Positions 9,201 to 15,784 of a stretch of DNA of 32,000 bases are shown here, one piece after another. The notes beneath the pieces were generated by a model that was not told the DNA's origin, did no database searches, and saw only the letters and a list, made by a program, of their open reading frames with translations. The stretch comes from Candidatus Saccharimonadota bacterium (GTDB lineage Bacteria > Bacteroidota > Bacteroidia > Flavobacteriales > Blattabacteriaceae): positions 1 to 32,000 of the forward strand of contig NZ_OZ034981.1 of assembly GCF_964030875.1 (NCBI RefSeq). The letters run 5' to 3'. A program made the position numbers and the translations under genes. Position 1 is the first letter of the stretch, and every line of letters begins with the position of its first letter.

Positions 9201-12200
9201 AAAAAATTCTTGTTATTGGTTCTGGGGCTTTGAAAATTGGAGAGGCCGGAGAATTTGATTATTCAGGAACACAAGCCTTAAAAGCAATTAAAGAAGAGGG
9301 AATAGAGACTATTTTAGTGAATCCTAATATCGCTACGGTGCAAACCTCTGAAGGTATAGCCGATCAAATTTATTTTCTTCCGATTTCCCAAAAATTTATT
9401 AAAAAAGTCATAGAAAAAGAAAAACCTAGTGGACTTTTGTTATCCTTCGGAGGACAAACAGCATTAAATTGTGGCGTGAAACTTTTTGAAAAAGGTGTAT
9501 TGAAAAAACATGTTATAAAAGTTTTAGGTACTCCTATAGAGTCTATTATTGCTAGTGAAGATCGAGATCTTTTTCGAGATAAACTCAATACTATGAATAT
9601 CAAAACGGCTCGTGGTATAGTGGTACATTCTCTGGAAGAAGCCTTTTCGGCCTCTGAAGAAATCGGCTTTCCTCTAATTATAAGAACTTCTTATGCCTTA
9701 GGAGGACTTAGTAGTGGATTTGCTCACGATAAAAAGGAATTGGCAACATTGATAGACATAGCTTTATCACATTCTTCACAAATCCTTATAGAAGAATCCC
9801 TGAAAGGTTGGAAGGAAATAGAATATGAAGTCATGTGTGACCGATACGGAAATTGTATTACGGTATGCAATATGGAAAATTTCGACCCCATTGGGATACA
9901 TACAGGAGACAGCATAGTAGTAGCTCCTTCACAAACTCTTACTAATTCTGAATATCAGAAACTTCGCACATTTTCTCTGTCTATTGCCCGTGCATTCGGA
10001 ATAATAGGAGAATGTAATGTGCAGTTCGCTTTATCACCAAATTCTGAGGATTATCGTCTTATTGAAATAAATGCAAGACTTTCTCGTTCAAGTGCTTTAG
10101 CTTCTAAAGCTACGGGGTATCCAATAGCCTTTATAGCAGCTAAACTAGCTTTAGGCTATGGATTACATGAATTAAAGAATTATGTAACCCAAACTACTTC
10201 TGCTTTTTTTGAACCGTCTCTTGATTATGTAGTGTGCAAATTTCCTCGTTGGGATTTAAAAAAATTCTACCGATCAGATAAAAAAATTGACAGTAGTATG
10301 AAAAGTGTGGGTGAAGTTATGTCAATAGGAGGATCTTTTGAGGAGGCGTTCCAGAAAGGATTACGGATGCTTGATATAGGATTAGAAGGATTCATCAATC
10401 CTAAAAAAAAATCTTTATATGACACTCTTGAAAAACGTCTTATAATTCCTACCGATCATAGAGTAGAAGCACTTGAAGATGCTTTTGATGAAGGCTACAC
10501 AGCAGAAAAACTTTATGATCTGACACGTATTGATCTTTGGTTTCTTTACAAGCTTCGCAATATTCATAACACAAAAAAAATACTATCACGGTACAAAAAG
10601 TCTGAAGATTTACCTAAAAATATTTTTTATTTAGCCAAAAAGCAAGGATATTCAGATCGACAAATAGGAGCTATTCTTAGCCCAGACGTACATATGTCTA
10701 TATCTTCTTCTATGGTTCGTCAGAGACGAAAAACTATAAAAATTTTTCCAAACGTACGTCGTATAGACACTTTATCAGCTGAATATCCAGCATATACCAA
10801 CTACTTGTATATGAGTTATCATGCTTATCGTCATGATATTGATTACGAAGGGGATGGGCGGTCAGTAGTAGTTTTAGGATCTGGTGTATATCGTATAGGT
10901 AGTAGTGTAGAATTTGATTGGTGTTGTGTGAACACATTAAAGGTTCTTCATTCTGAAGGTTATCGATCGATAATGATCAACTGTAATCCTGAAACTGTCA
11001 GTACAGATTTTGATGAATGTGATAGATTATATTTTGAAGAACTCACTCTAGAACGTGTGCTAGATATTCTAGAACTAGAAACCCCGAAAGGGACGATTGT
11101 ATCTATGGGAGGACAAATTTCCAACAATCTGGCATTACCACTCCATAAAAATAAGCAAAGAATTTTAGGAAGCTTAGCCACTTCTATAGATGAAGTAGAA
11201 GACCGTTATAAGTTTTCCAAAGCTTTGGATATACTAGGCATAGAACAACCTATGTGGAAAGAATTTTCTAATCTGAACGATATTCATCCCTTTATTAGAG
11301 AGGTCGGATATCCGATATTAATACGACCATCGTATGTACTATCAGGTTCAGGAATGAACGTAATTTTTAATGTAGAAGAACTTAGATACTTTTTTGATAA
11401 ATTGGAGACTATCTCGTCTGAACATTCAGTAGTGATAAGTAAATTTATAGAAAATGCTAAAGAAATCGAACTCGATGCTGTGGCCCATCAAGGGTCTCTT
11501 ATTTATCATGCCGTATCCGAGCATATAGAATTTGCTGGATTACATTCAGGAGATGCTACTTTAGTATATCCTCCGCAAAATATTTACTTCTCTACGTTAC
11601 AAGAAATAGAACGGATTTCTAAAAAAATTGCACGATATTTTCATATTTCAGGACCTTTTAATATACAGTTTATTTCGATAAATAACCGAATTAAAGTAAT
11701 AGAGTGCAATTTACGAGCTTCCAGAAGTTTTCCTTTTATTTCTAAAGTATCTGGATTTAATCTAATCCGATTAGCTACTGAAGTAATGTTAGGAAAACTC
11801 ACGAATCCTTGTGGAATTTTTTTTTCTTTTAATTATATAGGTGTAAAAGTTTCGTACTTCTCCTTTTCACGGATTCCAGGTACAGATCCTGTCCTAGGAG
11901 TAGATATGGTTTCTACAGGTGAAGTAGGTTGTTTGGGAAACAATTTTCATGAGGCACTCATAAAAGCTATGTTGGCCGCTGGCTATAGCATACCTATCAA
12001 GCATATTTTAATTTCAGGAGAAATTTCTTCTTTCAAAGAAGATTTTATTAATACTATTAAACTATTGGTGTATAAGGGATATAAACTGTTTTCTACAGAG
12101 GATATATATCCATTTATGATGGATTATGGTTTAACTACAAAGCTATTGTACTGGCCAGGTGTGCATAATTTCCCAAATGTCCTCGATTATATACGAAAGA

Positions 12201-12499
12201 AAAAAATTGATTTCATTATCAATATTCCTAAGAACAAATATTCCGAAATAGATAATAACTATACTATAAGACGCTCAGCAGTAGATTTCAATATTCCACT
12301 TTTAACTAATACTAGTTTAGCTAAAGCCTTTATCGTGGCTTTCTGTAAAGAAGAACCAGAAGAACTAACTATAGCAGAATGGAAAAGTTATATGAAACGA
12401 TTTTTTAGTGTTCAAGATATTCCTAATGTACCTGTTTTGGTAAAGGAGGCATTATCTCTTAAAAAAGCTCCTTATATAGAACTTGTAAAAAAAAAATAA
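9197..12499 (+). CDS. carB: Carbamoyl-phosphate synthase large subunit. The CarB-homologous part ends near 12391, and the last 35 codons of the ORF are the N-terminus of argF' read in the same frame.
   Basis: 1100-aa ORF with two ATP-grasp halves (NPNIATVQTS..., IEINARLSRSSALASKATGYPIA; second half VIECNLRASRSFPFISKVSG) and an MGS-like C-terminal domain. ATGA overlap with carA. No stop codon before the ATG at 12392. Confidence 0.95.
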   Translation: MKKILVIGSGALKIGEAGEFDYSGTQALKAIKEEGIETILVNPNIATVQTSEGIADQIYFLPISQKFIKKVIEKEKPSGLLLSFGGQTALNCGVKLFEKGVLKKHVIKVLGTPIESIIASEDRDLFRDKLNTMNIKTARGIVVHSLEEAFSASEEIGFPLIIRTSYALGGLSSGFAHDKKELATLIDIALSHSSQILIEESLKGWKEIEYEVMCDRYGNCITVCNMENFDPIGIHTGDSIVVAPSQTLTNSEYQKLRTFSLSIARAFGIIGECNVQFALSPNSEDYRLIEINARLSRSSALASKATGYPIAFIAAKLALGYGLHELKNYVTQTTSAFFEPSLDYVVCKFPRWDLKKFYRSDKKIDSSMKSVGEVMSIGGSFEEAFQKGLRMLDIGLEGFINPKKKSLYDTLEKRLIIPTDHRVEALEDAFDEGYTAEKLYDLTRIDLWFLYKLRNIHNTKKILSRYKKSEDLPKNIFYLAKKQGYSDRQIGAILSPDVHMSISSSMVRQRRKTIKIFPNVRRIDTLSAEYPAYTNYLYMSYHAYRHDIDYEGDGRSVVVLGSGVYRIGSSVEFDWCCVNTLKVLHSEGYRSIMINCNPETVSTDFDECDRLYFEELTLERVLDILELETPKGTIVSMGGQISNNLALPLHKNKQRILGSLATSIDEVEDRYKFSKALDILGIEQPMWKEFSNLNDIHPFIREVGYPILIRPSYVLSGSGMNVIFNVEELRYFFDKLETISSEHSVVISKFIENAKEIELDAVAHQGSLIYHAVSEHIEFAGLHSGDATLVYPPQNIYFSTLQEIERISKKIARYFHISGPFNIQFISINNRIKVIECNLRASRSFPFISKVSGFNLIRLATEVMLGKLTNPCGIFFSFNYIGVKVSYFSFSRIPGTDPVLGVDMVSTGEVGCLGNNFHEALIKAMLAAGYSIPIKHILISGEISSFKEDFINTIKLLVYKGYKLFSTEDIYPFMMDYGLTTKLLYWPGVHNFPNVLDYIRKKKIDFIINIPKNKYSEIDNNYTIRRSAVDFNIPLLTNTSLAKAFIVAFCKEEPEELTIAEWKSYMKRFFSVQDIPNVPVLVKEALSLKKAPYIELVKKK

Positions 12500-13355
12500 G
12501 ATTATAGGATTAGTCTTTTTTAATCCAAGCTTGAGAACCCGTTTGAGCAGTCAAAAAGCTGCTTTTCACCTAGGTTGCGATACTTGGACACTAAATATAG
12601 ATCAGGATTCTTGGAAAATAGAGATGAATGATGGTTCCGTTATGGAACGTCACTCCCAAGAACATCTAAAAGAAGCCGTTGGAGTGATGAGTTTATATTG
12701 CGATATATTAGGTGTTCGAACCTTTCCTGGACTAAAAAATCGAGATTCTGATTATCAAGAAATTCTTTTTAATCATATAGAAAATTATTCTCACGTTCCT
12801 ATAGTTAATTTAGAAAGTGCTACACGTCACCCCTTGCAATCTTTAGCTGATGCTATGACTATTGAAGAGTGTCGTGTTCCTGGAAAACCTATAAAAGTAG
12901 TACTTAGTTGGGCCCCTCATCCTAAAGCTTTACCACATTCAGTGCCTAATTCTTTTATAGAATGGATTTCCAAATTACCTAATATTGATCTAATAATTAC
13001 TCACCCTATTGGATATGAGCTTGATAAAGAAATTACTAAAAATACAAATATTCTTTATAATCAAGAAGAAGCCTTCAAGGATGCAGATTTTATTTATGCA
13101 AAAAATTGGAGCAGTTATACCTATTACGGTAAGGTTCTATGTCATGACACTAGATGGATGATTACTTGTGATAAGATGTCCCTTACTAATAAGGCAAAAT
13201 TTATGCATTGCCTACCCATTAGACGCAATGTAGTAGCGGTAGACGCTGTTCTAGATTCCTATATTTCTTTGATTTTTCAAGAGGCTGAAAATCGTATATT
13301 CGCTTCTAAGGCTATTTTCAAAAGAATATTGAACGCATTATCATGTTGCATATAG
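12392..13355 (+). CDS. argF: N-acetyl/N-succinyl-ornithine carbamoyltransferase (argF'-type), interrupted by a frameshift in an A10 tract at 12487-12496. It is either a pseudogene or is rescued by slippage.
   Basis: The downstream ORF 12531..13355 begins at the carbamoyl-phosphate motif (S)LRTRLS and keeps TRHPLQSLAD and FMHCLPIRRN. The missing N-terminus (MKRFFSVQDIPNVPVLVKEALSLKKAPYIELVKK) is encoded from ATG 12392 in the carB frame. Deleting one A joins them into 963 nt / 320 aa. Confidence 0.85.
12487..12496 (+). repeat. A10 homopolymer at the argF' frameshift site
   Basis: Counted directly: gt-aaaaaaaaaa-taag. TAA at 12497-12499 terminates the carB/argF' N-terminal frame immediately after the run. 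Confidence 0.95.
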
Positions 13356-14116
13356 TTAAAATAGGAGGAAAAATTATTGATGATAAAGCTTTATTAAATA
13401 CCTCTCTTGAAAATTTTCATGCATTGAATGGTCCTAAAATTTTGGTACATGGAGGAGGAAAATCTGCTAATTTACTTTCGAAGAAGATGGGGATACGTAC
13501 ACAAATAATAGAAGGCCGACGAATTACAAATCGTCCCACTATAAATGTGGTAGTGATGAGTTATGCTGGTCTTACAAACAAGACTTTGGTAGCACGTTTA
13601 CAAGCAATAGGCTGTAATGCTATAGGACTTTCTGGGGCTGATGGAAATATCATTCGTTCTAATCGAAGACCTGTCAAAAGTATAGATTATGGATATGTAG
13701 GTGATTTATATGAAAAAAGTATTAATATCTATAATCTTTCTACTATGATGAAAGTTGGTTTTGTCCCTGTATTTTGTGCTATTACTCATGATGGTAAAGG
13801 AAATTTGTTAAATACTAATGCCGATGCTATAGCTTCATTTATAGCTATTTCTTTGTCTAAGACCCATCAAACAGTTTTACATTTTTGCTTAGAAAAAAAA
13901 GGTGTCCTCCGTCAGTATAATGAGGAAGATTCTTTTTTCGAAAAAATGAATGTTGATGACTTTAGAAAATTTAAACAAGAAAATCTCATTACAGGAGGAA
14001 TGATTCCTAAATTAGAAAATGCCTTTGAAGCCTTGCAAAAAGGAGTGAATCAAGTAAACATAGGTCATCCTTACTATTTGAATAAATCTAAGGAGAAAAC
14101 AATTCTATGTTTATAA
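13343..14116 (+). CDS. argB: Acetyl(acyl)glutamate kinase
   Basis: 257 aa amino-acid-kinase fold with IVKIGGKIIDD, ILVHGGGKSAN and LLNTNADAIAS. It overlaps the argF' 3' end by 13 nt. Confidence 0.92.
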   Translation: MLHIVKIGGKIIDDKALLNTSLENFHALNGPKILVHGGGKSANLLSKKMGIRTQIIEGRRITNRPTINVVVMSYAGLTNKTLVARLQAIGCNAIGLSGADGNIIRSNRRPVKSIDYGYVGDLYEKSINIYNLSTMMKVGFVPVFCAITHDGKGNLLNTNADAIASFIAISLSKTHQTVLHFCLEKKGVLRQYNEEDSFFEKMNVDDFRKFKQENLITGGMIPKLENAFEALQKGVNQVNIGHPYYLNKSKEKTILCL

Positions 14117-14182
14117 ATTTATCATTGCTTGTATTATGTTCTTAAATGGAATAAATTTATTGGAATATTTAAACCTAAATGT

Positions 14183-14506
14183 ATGATACAAGAAATAAAA
14201 GATAACAATTTGGCATCCCTGATGCTTGCTTCTAAAAAACTATCTATAGTATATTTCTGGGCTCCTTGGTGTAACTCATGTAAATCTTTAGCTCCATTCA
14301 TAGAAGAGATATCAGAAAAGTATGAGGGAAAAGTTTTAATAATAAAAATCAATGTAGATGAGAATACAAAAACTGTTTATGAACATGGAATAAAAAGTAT
14401 TCCTACAGTAATATGTTTTAAAAATGGAAAAGAAATATGCAGAAAAATTGTAGCGAATTCTCAAAATACTTTAACTAAGGAATTAGATCAATTAATTTGT
14501 AAGTAG
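14183..14506 (+). CDS. trxA: Thioredoxin with a non-canonical active site WCNSC
   Basis: Thioredoxin-fold signature: FWAPWCNSCKSLAP, then IKINVDEN and SIPTVICFKNGKE (cis-Pro region). The ATG at 14183 gives 107 aa, the normal Trx size. The track start at 14129 adds 18 unsupported residues. Confidence 0.85.
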   Translation: MIQEIKDNNLASLMLASKKLSIVYFWAPWCNSCKSLAPFIEEISEKYEGKVLIIKINVDENTKTVYEHGIKSIPTVICFKNGKEICRKIVANSQNTLTKELDQLICK

Positions 14507-14580
14507 GGTCTGGTAGTTCAGCTGGTTAGAATACGTGCCTGTCACGCACGAGGTCGCGGGTTCAAGTCCCGTCCAGACCG
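14507..14580 (+). tRNA. tRNA-Asp (anticodon GTC)
   Basis: Manual cloverleaf, 74 nt. Acceptor ggtctgg/ccagacc; D stem gttc/gaat; anticodon stem cgtgc/gcacg with loop ctGTCac; variable aggtc; T arm gcggg-ttcaagt-cccgt; discriminator g. CCA is not encoded. Confidence 0.95.
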
Positions 14581-14749
14581 CTAATCGTCATTGATAGTTG
14601 TGAAATAAAGACTACTACTATCATTAACCCTTAACCCTGCATGGGTTCTCTTTTCCTACAGTACTAACAGTATTTCGAAAAGTATGGAAAGGTCTGCTTC
14701 AAAACAATCTTCACACACTTATAATCAAGAAGAACTCGTGCTATAATAG

Positions 14750-15725
14750 ATGCAAAACGTAGAAAGTTTCTAATTCTACTGATGACCACAAAATATAGGA
14801 CAACAAGTCGTTTTAAGCGGGTGTCTTCTAGATCTCGGTGCAGTAATATTCATTTATTTGAGAGATAGTTATGGAATAACACAATTTATTTTTTCTAATC
14901 CATTACTAGTACGTGAGTTTGTTGTTCTAATTTATGGAAAAGATCATCTAAGTAAAAATCCGACTGGGTACATTGAAGTGCTTAATTCGCATGAAATACC
15001 GATAAATCCTGCGTAAATGACTATTCTCTTTCCAAGGCTCAAGGCTCCCCTCTAATCTTTTTGCTTCTCGTATCCAGGATGGATATTTGTTCCCTCAATC
15101 TCCTCAGTCTCCTCAGTCTCCTCAGTCCTTTATAGGTATATAAGATTGCTATATGAAGATTTTCGTTCATATCGCCAACCTTAATTTACCTGTGAAATAT
15201 TTTTCGTCGTACGGTCAGATATTTGATTTCTTTTTGAAGAACTCATAGTATATCTTTTCGATATACTCCTTTCCTTCGTATTCCCTAAACCCATCTCTGT
15301 AATTGCAATTATACAAGAAAACAACTTTATGAACTAGTAGAGTGGGTAATACGGACCCAAATTGGAGCGAAAGAACTTATCTGGGTAAAATGTCTTACAG
15401 ATTAAAATCATCAGTAGATAAATTCTTTAGTCAAGTACTTTCTGGAAAAACTAAAGAGACTAGGGTTCCGTTGTTCTCCACTACCACTAAAACCGTAAAA
15501 GCATAATGGATATTATCATCCAGCTCCTAAAGAGGAAGACTATCCTTTGTTAGTGATTATAGGTGGAGGTTATAAACTATTATGGTGCTCCTATTGCTTT
15601 AGGATTAGATAGAGCAGTATTATTCGGTGAGGAAAATATAATCTGACAAAAAATCATTAAGGTCGAGATATTCTGATAGATAGCCCATACACAAGAACTA
15701 GGTAGACCTAAATGGGACCCCTAGT
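14750..15725 (+). pseudogene. aspS: Decayed aspartyl-tRNA synthetase gene, about 55% of normal length, with multiple stops and frameshifts
   Basis: There are no ORFs across 14581-15784, but scattered in-order AspRS-like segments are present:
- MQNVESF*FY**PQNIGQQVVLSGCLLDLGAVIFIYLRDSYGITQFIFSNP (from 14750; compare E. coli [47 protein letters not shown])
- NPTGYIEVL
- PQSPQ motif region (15093-15131)
- CY/EDFRSYRQP*FT (15146-15190; compare CFRDEDLRADRQPEFT)
- GAKELIWVK (about 15364)
- HPAPKEED
- GAPIALGLDRAVLFGEENI (about 15585-15640; compare GLAFGLDRL..LTGTDNIRDVIAFPK). Confidence 0.85.
15096..15128 (+). repeat. Tandem 9-bp repeat (tctcctcag x3) inside the aspS relic
   Basis: caa tct cct cag tct cct cag tct cct cag tcc = QSPQSPQSPQS. 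The conserved class IIb motif is a single PQSPQ. Confidence 0.9.
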
Positions 15726-15784
15726 TTAAACATAATAGACGCAGGGATCTTTTTCTTGAAGCTCTTGTAAAAGAATTATAAGTT

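Noticed and set aside
14129-14182. Upstream TTG start that extends the thioredoxin by 18 aa (MYYVLKWNKFIGIFKPKC)
   Set aside because: The extension has no Trx similarity. The ATG at 14183 gives the canonical length of about 107 aa.
14581-14749. A possible additional gene relic or promoter between tRNA-Asp and the aspS ATG (short direct repeats ttaaccc-ttaaccc and acagta-cta-acagta; SSHTYNQEEL reading resembling the AspRS N-terminus)
   Set aside because: The AspRS N-terminus is better explained by the ATG at 14750 with matching spacing to GQQV. The upstream resemblance is too short to distinguish from chance.
15696-15726. 7-bp inverted repeat (aactagg ... cctagtt, 17-nt loop) at the tail of the aspS relic, upstream of thrA
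   Set aside because: The loop is large and there is no following T-tract. It lies within decaying sequence, so I cannot support a terminator or regulatory call.
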